A DNA stretch of 62,545 bases, the filler included. It is 7 parts of 7 records of this genome, joined end to end, with 100 filler letters (N's around TTAATTAATTAA, not from the genome) between each part and the next. Parts side by side here need not be neighbours in the genome. Positions count along the whole stretch, not along the records: positions 27,847 to 35,144 come from SRR2962707_3258; positions 35,245 to 42,111 come from SRR2962707_3265; positions 42,212 to 48,053 come from SRR2962707_3266; 4 more parts are not named here. The stretch is one strand, 5' to 3'. The notes below the pieces were generated by a model. It saw only the letters and a list, made by a program, of their open reading frames with translations, was not told where the DNA came from and searched no databases. Of this stretch, positions 28,024 to 43,656 are shown piece by piece; position 1 is the first letter of the stretch, and each line of letters begins with the position of its first letter. A program made the translations under genes and the position numbers.

Positions 28024-29366
28024 ATGTCTTTCCTCACGAAAACGCGCTCTGCGCTGGCTCAAGCTGCGCGCTCTGTCCGCACCAGCTGGGCCCGCACGAC
28101 GACCATCACCGGGGCATCAGCTTTGAACGAGCCTGCTCAAAGTCGAGGCTGTGGCTGCCGATTCCACAGCTCAGGGTGCAACTGCAGTGGTGGAGCTGGC
28201 GGCAGTGGCGAGAGCACGGCTGCAGCAAACGGCATTGCTGAGCGATTTTTCAGCGTCATGCCCAACGCGAACCAGTCGCAGCCGAGCACGGCCACCGCTG
28301 GGTGGCCGGTAAATGGTGCTTATGATACGGCAAAGTTGAGCACCACAGCAGCCAACCGCGATATTGCCAACCTCCTCGAAAACAACAAGAAGTGGGTTGC
28401 GGAAATGAAGGAGAAGGACCCCAATTTTTTCGATCGTCTTGGTGCAGGCCAGGCGCCCAAGTACCTCTACGTTGGTTGCAGTGATTCCCGCGTCCCGGCC
28501 AACGAGATTATCGGGCTTCCTCCGGGTCAGGTTTTCGTTCACCGCAATATCGGCAACCTCGTTGTCGGCACAGACCTCAACGTCCTGGTATGTCACTCAA
28601 CCTTCCGCGCAGTGCATGCATCCCACCGTGTATGGTGACCAACCAAAAACCCTGTCTAATCTTTGCTTTGTTTCTACCGTCCTCACGCACTGACGTCGGC
28701 TGCACAGAGTGTCATTGACTACGCTGTTGATTTTTTGGACGTTCAGCACATCATAGTGACCGGTGCGTTGCCTCGCTATTCATTCCGCCGATTTATCGCG
28801 TCGACCGTCAAACCTTTGCTCCCTTGCTAAATTATCTCGAACAATCCTTGTTGCTCACTTCGAAGGCCACTACGACTGTGGGGCAGTGAAAGCTGCAGTT
28901 GAAAACACCGACATTGGTCTTGTGGAGAATTGGCTCCGCAACATCCGCGATGTCTACCGCCTCCACTTCCGCGAGGTCGACGCAATCAAAGACGACAATG
29001 AGCGACACCGCAAGCTCGTCCAACTCAACGTTGTGGAGCAATGCCTGAACATGTAGGTGCATCCCTGCATCCGTTGAAAATTTGCCAAACTTCTACGCGA
29101 GGTGTCTCACTGTCCTGCATCGCTTGCTGCCTTGCGTGTCCCATCGTCTGCTCAGGTACAAGAACGGTACCGTGCAACGCAAACGTCAGCGCACTTTCCG
29201 TGAAACCGGCAGCGCTTACCCCCGTATCCACGGTCTTGTATTCGACCCTGCCGATGGCGTCCTGCACAAACTTCCCGTGAACTTTGGCGAAACCATGGCT
29301 GACATGCGTCACGTGTACGACCTGTACGACGTGAAATCCAAAGGCAAGGCTGAGGACATCGAGTGA
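28024..29366 (+). CDS. Beta-class carbonic anhydrase, 4 exons, probable mitochondrial presequence
   Basis: GCSDSRV, FVHRNIGN and GHYDCG Zn motifs. GT-AG introns at 28588-28707, 28763-28865 and 29053-29155 restore the frame. Confidence 0.92.
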
Positions 29367-29551
29367 AACTGTTGGACCTACATCATGTTGTCAACATTGT
29401 AGTTGATACCCCAACTGGAGGCGACAATGGCAGCACAGCGAGGCTTCCACTCTCGTCCACCTCAACCCAAGTGTGTAATAAATATAAAGTTTTAAAGTTT
29501 TTAGAAGAAAAAACACACTCCCTGCCATGCACTGTTTGATGACCTACGTTC

Positions 29552-32500
29552 TCAACGCCTCGGACAGTAGGCCAGAGCTGTGCGCTCGACCCACTCAACA
29601 TCACCGGTTGCAAGAAGCATTTGCCAGAGCGAGGGTTGCGCTTGCCGAAGGCTCGAGATGGCAAGCTGCAAGTGGCGGATACAGCACAATACCTTCGATA
29701 GCGACAACCCAGCGGGGCATTGCACAATGTCGTCTGTGCGTCCTCCGCCGGCATTCTCCATGACTGGTTTCTGCAAACGTCCACCCAGGCGGAAAAAGAG
29801 CGTAAAGGCAGCTGAAAGAACCCGGATACAGCATCGAAAAGCCCCTCCATGCACAAGAGCTGAAATAGATTCCACTTCTTGAGGCATTTTTCGAACAAGT
29901 TTGTGAAGATAAGCACAAAATTCAGCTAACAAATTCGGAGTGGGAGAGGTACGGTCGTCGTTTCGTGCACGATGTGTCCTTGCCGCATGCGTGGCTAAAC
30001 CAGGCTTAACCTGATGCCGATCACATCGCTGATCGCACTCTTTGAATATTCCGAATACGCTGTCGAATGGGCATTCACTGGGATTGCCATGGACCAGATC
30101 CCAAGTCGAACACGCACGGTGTCCTGTTTCCAGCAGCTCTTGAACAAGTTGGCCAATCATATTTGTGGAAGATTCTGATTCAGGCAACACAGCGGCGGCA
30201 GATGGGTCTTGGGCCGCTATCGCAGTTTCAAACAACATCTGGGCCGCTAATCCGCTTGCAAAGCTTGCCTTTTGCATTATACGAGCACAGCATTGTGAGA
30301 CTCTTTCGTTCGCATTTTTGGGAGAAAAAACATCTTCGGGGCATCCCTTCGCAAAGGATAGGACACTGCGAGCACCACGACCCAGAATTTGACGTATTTG
30401 TCGCATTTCTGTCGCTGCGGTTGCCTCATCTCCTTCGATAGTGTTTTTGTGCACGCGAGGTTGATTCCTCCCATTGTGTACTAGTGCCTGCAACAGACTC
30501 AGCCATGCACCAGCCGTATCAAGCGTGTATTCCAAAGTCGTGCGATGGTGAGCATCACTTTCTCCGGATCGTGATTGTGAGGGACTACGCCAATGATGCT
30601 TGATGTTATTGCTGCAGGTTGACATCAACATTTCAATGCTGCTCCAAAGAGGGACTACGTGGTTGCGAAAAAACCGGCTACAAAGCGCTTGACACACTGT
30701 TCGCGCAGTGAGACATAGATCGGCCAGAAGTCGAAGAAGTAAGATTCCAAAAATCGCACGGCTGCCGGGTTCTGACTTTCTTGCCTGGTCTCGATCTCCA
30801 TTGTTGACACTCGCCATTGGTCGTGCTGCTAACACAACCCCGTGCAAGTGACTTTGGAGCTGTTTTAGTGGGGTGGCACGTAATGCTGTCTCACAAAGTC
30901 CGAGAAACGGGGGCACCCAAGCACAATCGAAGATATTTGTGGAGTTTTGAGGAAGCAGGCTCCCAAAACATGGACCTCCCGCTGCAAGGTACGCTCCCGC
31001 ATGAACATGTCGGATCACTGATGCAACACAGTCCACATTGGAACAGAGACGAAGCGCTCTAGTCAGCACCACCACCGGATGCATGGGCACATTTCGCCTG
31101 GAAGTAACATGACTGGGCTCCTCAGATCCAACCGTGGCCGCGTCGTTGATGGATCCTTGCAGCCCTAGCCAAGATTGACCCCACATTACACAGGTTCCAG
31201 TGGCTCCCGGCCCGTTTCTGAGAGACCACAGCAGCAGCTGGTCGATGATTGCAAATGGCTCCTGTAACCGACTAAGGTCGCCTAAGACAGGTGCTTGAGG
31301 AGCGCTTGCCTCAAGCATGTCCCTCACATCTTCGAAAAACTGAAACAATGAAATTGCACTCCGGCTCTCGTCAACTCGGACAGGAATTCCATTTGCGGAT
31401 GACTCGGAAGGGTACCAGCCAAAGGATGCAGCGCGCTCCCTTTGGCGATGCTGGGCATAAACATCAAGGAAATCGAATAGCGAACCTGACACCAGACATG
31501 CGAGGCAACGGTGCAACGGCACTGTAGTGACGTCTTGGCTCTGAAAAGATGCGCGTTCCCGCGCTGATTCTTGTGCGAAAAGCGGTTCCATGCTGCTGGT
31601 AAGTTGCCCAGCCAACAAAACCACACGAGAAAAGCGGGTCACCACGTCAGTTGCACGCCGGGAATCTATAGTGTTTCCTGCGCGTAGAGCCAATGTCAAA
31701 GCTGTGGCCTCTTGCTGGACCGCACGAAGGCCCGTGTCAAAGACGGCATGGTGCAACTCATTTGATGAGGAGACTCCGGTGTCCAAGTTCTCCACGACGT
31801 CGCGCACCGGGTTTAGTAAAGCGTACAAAAGCACACCGTCGAACGCAAGGACAAGTTTTGACGCTTCGATTGCAGTCACTTGAGGACCGTCGGGGGCCAT
31901 TCGACTCGCCTTGTTCGGAATCAAGACGTGTTGAAAAGTTTGGCACAGTAACAGCATTTTTGATTCAAGTGCCAAACACTCGGTGGAGGCAATACGTGAT
32001 GATTTTTTCCGGTGCAACTGAACGTGGAGATTGTTCTGAAGGCCTTCGATGCCGGCTTGGGCAGTCCTGCGGTCGTGGATCCCTCCGACAGGAAAGAACC
32101 ATGGTTTTGATGACTCCAATGCTTTGGACAATCCGCCTGTCAAAAGATGCGCCACACGCAATTCTGGCTGCGTGGTTGCCAACAAAACGAAAGTACTTGT
32201 CCCAATAACACCACGTCCGGGGTTGAGAGACTTGAACCACTTTAGGTACGTATTATGAGACATCGTTCGCCGAGCTTTTCTGGACAAAAACTTTCGTCCC
32301 TTTTTTGACGGAGCTGAACACGAAGATGATGTCGACGCTGCAGAAGATGATGCCGACGATGAAGCAGAAGAGGCGCAGAAAAGAGATTCAGGTTTCGATT
32401 CCACGGGCATCGTACGACCTACTGCTTGTAGCGCCAAAAAAAGGCATGCTGCATTGTAGTCATCACCCCATCCTACACAGTTAAGCACCACTGCGATGGC

Positions 32501-34691
32501 ATCGAAAAGAAAGCTTGGTACGATTCGCTGACTTTCTACTAAGTCTTCAAGTGCAGTTTTCCAGAGCTTCATGGCGCTGGGGCAATATCCAAACGTTGTC
32601 TCGACATCTTGATTGGATGTGGCATAACCCGTAGCCAACAAGAGCCGTTGTGGGAGGGCCCAAAGTTTGGCCAGTGGTTTCCAATGATTTCTGATTCTGT
32701 TGCCAAGAGCGTGCTGAAATATGAAGGCGCACATCGATGGCCACGCCCATACTTTGAGCAAGATCACCAACCGGTGCCGAGATAACAGCTGGCAACAAGT
32801 GGTCGGGGAAAGCAAGAAATCCTCGAGCAGTGCACAAAGACCGCTTGCAACAAAGGGCGCGACGCAGCTTTCAGCCGTTTCAGCAACCGATCCTTGCACG
32901 CCGTCTGAATCTACTTCAACAGTCTTCAAAAGATACGAAAGTAGCCGCTGTCTAGACACGGTGGCGCCACCAGCTTTCATGGGCAGCATGGCCACCTTGG
33001 AGCCGTGATGCCGTTGAGGATCAACACCGTCAATTAAAGTTGTCATTAATTCAAAAGCGACCGCGCGCTGCGCAATTCAACAGGGCACACATTACATACA
33101 CACCTTATTTTTTCGCTCCAGAATGAAGAAACGAAATCAGGAAAAAGCGCTACACACTGCTACACACCTGGAACGATACCAAAATTTGCTGACGAAAATG
33201 TTCTGGATGCGCGTTGGATCCTCCAGCTCCTCGCAGAAATTGTACCACTTCCATTGCAGTGGAAACTCCCTGTGACACCTGGGTTGGGCTACTGGAGTCT
33301 GCGACCGAAAGCCGCAGCCACAGAAAAAGCTGCAAATGAGCAAATAAATCGACCAAAGCATGAGTACAGCCATGATCAACACCGATGAAGCAAGAATCCG
33401 GACGCTCGGAACAAGCGTTCAGCACCACGGCTTCGAGGAATTTTGGGTGAGAAAAGCAGTCCAATAGGGCCTTAAAGGGCGTCAATGATTCTGGGCTCTG
33501 CATTGCTGGTAAGCTGCAAAGCAACACCAGCATAGTATTTTCAACCGGGGATGCCCGGTTATGGCCGCGCTTCGCAATCGTAAGCTCTGTAGGATCTGAT
33601 GGAAGCGAAGGGCGTTGCCGCTTTCGAGGTGCGATCTCCGAGATCCCAGATAACTTGGGCTCTCTAGAATGATTGTAGTTTGCATCACCCTCGTCCACGT
33701 TCTTGCATCGCGCAAATCTTGCAACGACAAGCGACAACACCTGTGACCACGATGGAAGTCGAACTAGTGCTGTGAGAAAAATCCGGGCAAAATTTGACCA
33801 TGGGCGCTTTACCAAGTCTTTCAGCAAGTAGCCCGCCCCCCGTTCAACTGAACATTGCAATCCTGCGCAGCAGTTGTACCGGCATCGGCACAGCGGCTTC
33901 CGAGCAATAAATCTCCACACTTCGAACAGTTTTTCGGGGCACAAGGCGACAAGAATGCGAGCAACGGGGCTTGGATTCACAAAATCCAGATTCATGATTG
34001 ACGAAACGTCCGTATCGCCAAAGACTTCAGAGCAAGCCACCCACTCCCCAAACACGAGCACTGTCCTAATTGACAAGTCGTTGCAGATAGGTAGGACATG
34101 TTCCATGCCGACGAGTTGGCCCTCAAAACCCCTTGAGGTCTCCTCATCACGTTCGTCGAGGACGATGACCGGACTAGGTTCGGCAGTACTTGTATCCCCA
34201 GGCGACTTCTTGGACTGAAAAAGCCTTTGAAACAAATGCACTATGTCAGGGAGCAAACCACTGCCGGTGCTCAAGTCCAGACACTTTGTTCGGCTTTGAA
34301 CGAAAGCGTCGAGGAAACGGCAGCCCAGGTGGCCTATAGAATCGCTTGTTCGTGTCTCTAACACTACAGGGACGAGAATTTCATCCACAATTTGCAAACA
34401 TTGAGAGATGGGACACAGCCCGTGCTCCAGCAGTGCCCAAAGCAAGCATTGGACCCCAGTTGCTTCAACAAAACATTTCCACCCCATCGCGCAACATTGT
34501 GAGAGAAACTCTTCGAGAAGCTGAGATGCATGTGGGTCACAACTCACTGCCTTTGCTGGGCAGTCTTCCCCAACACACTGACAACAACACTGCTTGGACA
34601 AATGAGCCGCATTTTTCAACTGGCTCAACAGTGCAGAAGGATGCAGTGACAACAGAGGCTTCTGCCTGTCTGTCGGGAACTCTGCTGCCAT
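29552..34691 (-). CDS. Hypothetical ~1675-aa protein (2 exons), Leu-rich, likely helical
   Basis: ORFs 33150-34691 and 29552-33046 join in frame via a phase-0 GT-AG intron at 33068-33179 (..FRQQIL|RAVAFELM..). No recognised motif. Confidence 0.65.
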
Positions 34692-35115
34692 CGCGCAAAC
34701 ACCCAGGCTTGCATCAGTCTACTCCAGCACCTGTCCGCACGCAAGCCGTCGCCTCTGCATCACGTCCCCAGCTGCAGTGTTATCCACGCGCACACACACC
34801 CAGAAGACCACTCACAAAAGGGCCACCACAACGAAAGTTGCAACAGATTCAAACACCATCAAAACAAAAACAAAAGTGAACTGCAGTCACTCACAAGACT
34901 GGCGTAGACAGCTGCGCAGCTGCTCTCAGCTGGGGACCCTCCCTCAAACCCCACGCACTTCACTTCTTTTGAACTAAACCTACTATCTCCTTCACACTTA
35001 CCTGCTTCTGACTACCACTACTACTTACTTTCTGACTTGCGTGTACGTACTTCTTGACTTGACTTTCAAACCTCCACGCACACGAAACTACAACACGAAA
35101 GTCTGGGCACACCTC

Positions 35116-35144
35116 ACCCACACACCCACACACACCCACACACA
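35116..35144 (+). repeat. CA-rich microsatellite at contig end
   Basis: acccacacacccacacacacccacacaca. Confidence 0.85.
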
Positions 35145-35244
35145 NNNNNNNNNNNNNNNNNNNNNNNNNNNNNNNNNNNNNNNNNNNNTTAATTAATTAA
35201 NNNNNNNNNNNNNNNNNNNNNNNNNNNNNNNNNNNNNNNNNNNN
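35145..35244. other. Artificial contig spacer
   Basis: N44-TTAATTAATTAA-N44. Confidence 0.99.
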
Positions 35245-35411
35245 TTTTTTTTTTTTTTTTTTTCTTTTTCTTCCCGCTTTCTTGTTGGCTGGGGGCGGGC
35301 GGCGGCATGTCGTTGTCTTCCCTGCTTTTTTTTGTCTTTGTTTCGAAATTGTTTCGTTGCTGCTGTGAGTTTCTGTGACGCAAAGCTAGACAACCAGTGC
35401 CCCCGAGTGCA

Positions 35412-39732
<4,321 letters not shown>

Positions 39733-39892
39733 CTCGTCGTTCTCGCAGTATTCCTGGTGCAAGGCAGGCTTTCACGCGACGTATCGCCGCCTGTCCATTG
39801 GTTTGGGGGGTGGAAACGCGAAGAAGTATACTGCGATAAATTATAATGACATTCTGGAATTGCTGTCGTTATTCCTGGTCGAGAAAGTTGCA

Positions 39893-41826
39893 TTACATAC
39901 TCCGCCCAACCAATGACGCCAATAGCCGTCGTGCCGCATCTTGCTCGGGACTATGCGGCCGCCTGCCCGGTGCAGAGTCGTCTGGTTGCCAGGCCAATGA
40001 CGAAGCCATGCTGCCTGTCTGAACATCGCCATTGTGTGCAGGAACTTGAGGGACCTCAAGCTTACTAGTTGCCGATTCGGAAACCACGGGAGACGTGGCA
40101 GAGCCAGCCGCCTGGTGTTCGCGCAAAAAGTTAAAGAAACACTCCACCATGACGGCATGCCGAGCAAAGCGCTCGTTCCATGCCGCATCGTCTGCTGCCG
40201 CGCTTGCATTGACGACGACACCACTACTGCTGCTGATGGTAGCTCCGAGTGATGTGTCTTCATCGCAGTCCAACACGAGCGTTGGGATTTGCTCAAACAC
40301 CGAAAATCCGTCACGGCCACGGAGGTAAACCACATTGTCACGAATGAGCTCGGGAATATCCAATCCACTGTTCCTGCACAAGGAAAAGGAAAAGTTATTT
40401 TCGCAAAACCCTTCTCCATCGTCGCGCTGAGCGCAATTCAGCCAGGTGCGGCAAAGCAAACAACGTACTGTGTGTGCCCGTTTATGGCACTGCCTGTGCT
40501 CACTAGCGGCAAGGTGTTGGTATTGAAATATGCCTGTTGGCCATCGATTGAAGAGTGGTGCGGCAAGTGACCATCCGGGTGTGGTGGCGTGTGAATGAGA
40601 CGTGACATGTGCCGCTCCATACCGTCCAGGCCGTGCTGCCCAGCTGGATCGACGACGATTCCGCGCCGGTTGTGATTGCCAGGTCCAAGCCCAAGACTGG
40701 GACTGGGTTCGAACCATTGCTCGTGATATTGATGAATCTGCTCAAGGTACGGCAGCGACACTGTACTTTCCTCGCTGCGGTTTCGGCCTTGCAGGCGACG
40801 GAAGCAAGTTTCCGGATCGGCACGAAGGTAGATGAATCCATTCGGGACAATTTGAGGGAACTTGCGGCAAAGGGGGCTGAAGTACGTGGTGAGCAGCTCG
40901 AACTCCATCTCGGATAGCCATTGCGCATTGTGGATCGCGCGAAGGAAGACCATCGAATCACTGAAAACACTGCGCTCCAAAAGCCGCTGCGGAAGGTGCG
41001 ATGGCGTTAAGCCCCCCTCAAGCAGTCGCGTCAAGAAAACGAAGCTCTGGAAAGTGTACGCATATCGCTCAGGGTTCTCGTAAAAGGCTTCCAATATATT
41101 GTGGCCCCGCACGTCTTGCCAGCGTTCGACGGGTTCCAGCACAAACTCTGTCATGGCGCTGAGACGCCCTTTGGAGGCTTGCATGTGACGGATCAGAGTC
41201 GACTTGCCGACGCTGATGTTTCCTTCAATGGACACGGTCACAGGCGGACCTTCGCGAGTGTGGAGGTTTTCCATGACGTACTCCGCGATCAAGCTTGCGT
41301 GGCGGCGATGCCTCACGCCCACTTGCTCCTGCAAAAAGTCGACAATCTGGTCTGCATCAGCCAGCGACACCTCCTCCTGCATGAGCTTCTCGTTCAGCTG
41401 CTCCACCGAGGCAATCCCTTGGTCATGCAGCAGGCTCGCCGTTTTCGGGCCGACTCCCGGGATCTTACGGAGCCCGTTCGCATCGGTTTGGTAAAGTCGG
41501 CATTTGCCACCACGAGCCATATCCCGATTCAGCCGGCGCGAGGCTGCCGGCTTTCGTGAGAGGACGTTCGAAGAGGAAGGCGAAGCGGAAGTGGAGGAAG
41601 AGGAGCATGTTGAGGATGCTGTTGCCGCGGGAGCAGCTGAGGCAGCGGGGACAGTTGAGCATTGCTGGCAGCGCACTTTGTCGTCAATACGAAGCATTGT
41701 GCCACTGCCACTCTCGGTGCGGCCAAGTGGAGCAGCGGCCGCCTTCAAGAAAGCAGAGCTGCGCTTCAACAAAGCAGCCCCGAGCTGCTGCCGCTGTGTG
41801 CGGAACAGCAACAGCGAAGACCGCAT
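39893..41826 (-). CDS. Plant-type deoxynucleoside kinase with HhH-like N-terminal region, 2 exons
   Basis: KIPGVGPK HhH, IEGNISVGKST P-loop, ERS motif, RLQGRNRSEE lid. An intron at 40374-40468 leads to IPELIRDNV..LVLDC. Confidence 0.87.
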
Positions 41827-42087
41827 GACTGGCGACAGCAGCGCCAGTGGCAAAGCAACAAAAAAATGAACAAGAGAGTGGGGATGCGGAACTGAGAGGG
41901 ACAGAGAGTTTATTATCCAGCGATAAAAAGATAAAGACACACAATTGGAGGGTTCTTGAGAGTGGGAGTGAGTGAGTCAGTGAGTCAGTGAGCGAACGAG
42001 AGTCGTCGACGGGCGAGGAGGAGGAGGAGGGTTCGCGATCTCTTGAGTTCTTGAGGGAGAGAGTCCTGGAGTTTCGTTTTGGAGCTC

Positions 42088-42111
42088 GAGAGAGAGAGAG
42101 AGAGAGAGAGA
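42088..42111 (+). repeat. (GA)n microsatellite at contig end
   Basis: 12 GA units. Confidence 0.9.
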
Positions 42112-42211
42112 NNNNNNNNNNNNNNNNNNNNNNNNNNNNNNNNNNNNNNNNNNNNTTAATTAATTAANNNNNNNNNNNNNNNNNNNNNNNNNNNNNNNNN
42201 NNNNNNNNNNN
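42112..42211. other. Artificial contig spacer
   Basis: N44-TTAATTAATTAA-N44. Confidence 0.99.
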
Positions 42212-42652
42212 ACAGAGAGACAGAAAGAGAAAGAGAAAGAGAGAGGGAGAAAGAAAGCGAGAGGCTGCAGCGCCGCGTGTGAAAGGAGACTTCTATGCGT
42301 CGGCACCTGCTACTTGCTTTTATTTCTGTCGCACCACCTTCGCCCTTTTCGCCGACGAGATTCGTGTACCCCAGGAAAGAAAGCAAGAAAGAATGAAAAG
42401 AAAAAAATAATAATAACAAACAAGCTGAACCAGGACCGCGGTCATTCATGTTGTCTTCTCCACGTATCCTCAGCCCTGCGAGCGAGGCTGGGTGTCGCAA
42501 TGGACCAGTTCCCACTACTCCTTCATCATCAGCGGTCGTAGGTAGGGTAATAGCGTTGACATAGCCCTAGCCGTAGACCAGTTCCCAGCAGCAGCGTGCT
42601 GGACGGTAGCAGTGAATGCCACCTAGGTGCCCGCTCGCTGGCATTTGTTGAC

Positions 42653-42730
42653 CTTTGGCGAGACGCGTGGTTGATCATTGACACAACGAACTTTGGCGAG
42701 ACGCACGGATTGACCATTGACACAACGAAC
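42653..42730. repeat. Imperfect 38/39-bp tandem duplication
   Basis: CTTTGGCGAGACGC..TTGA.CATTGACACAACGAAC occurs twice. Confidence 0.85.
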
Positions 42731-43656
42731 GACGGCACGACACGCACAACGGAGCCAAAACGGACACCACGTCGTTCGTCGTGATGCTATTGCGACTGCA
42801 TTTACACGGGGCCGACGCAAGCTCACGCTCACGCTCACAGCGACGCCGACAGAAGTACGTCCCGTAGGCATCGCCAGCGAGCGTTTACTGGTCGTAATTG
42901 ACAGACGCCCACCCGGTAGGAACGCTAGTGGCCACTTGCGTTCGTGCTGGTTTCGCTCGGTTTCCGTTTGATGCGTTTGATGATATTCTTCAGACTGCGA
43001 ACGAGCCCTACACATTGGCAAAACCCTATGCCTGCCGCCAAGTACCAATAGCGCAAGACAACGAGGACCGTGCAGGTCCAGGAAACTCGTCTCGGTTTGC
43101 CGGCAATGAATGAAGTCGCTGGCATTGGAAGGGACGAAATCGCAGAGACGGCGGGACGGCTGAGCGGTTTTCATGTCGGCCAACTCGTCTGCGGAGAGGT
43201 TGCTTTTTATGGTGAGACAGTGCAGCGAGTATGTGAAGGCACAATCACGTGTTTCGATGGCAGCACTCCCGTGTTTGGATCAACTGATGTGGTACTTACT
43301 AACGGTCGCTGATGGGGACCAAAGGTGGACAGGCTGGAACAGCGTGCTGCCTGCAGTGAAGCGCAACCCACCATGCAATGCAACGTAGATGCTTGCGTCG
43401 TCGGCCCAAGCTCGACATATATATTGTTGGAACCGTGCCGCGTCATGTCCCCATCCGCCCGAATCGTGGGTTGATCGCGCTGGGGTGCGGGGCTTACACC
43501 AATGCGCGTTCCGCAACTTTGCAGTTGCGGCTTCGTCGGACATGTTGCGAAGCAAGGATTAGACTGTACGTCATTGTCAAAAGTTTACTTAAAAAAATTA
43601 CCCAAAACAACGATGTACCGGTGCGACACGCGTGGTTGTGCCACCGGTTGACTTGC

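Noticed and set aside
42653..42730. Possible mini-CRISPR array
   Set aside because: Two adjacent copies with no spacer, in a eukaryotic contig, with no cas genes.
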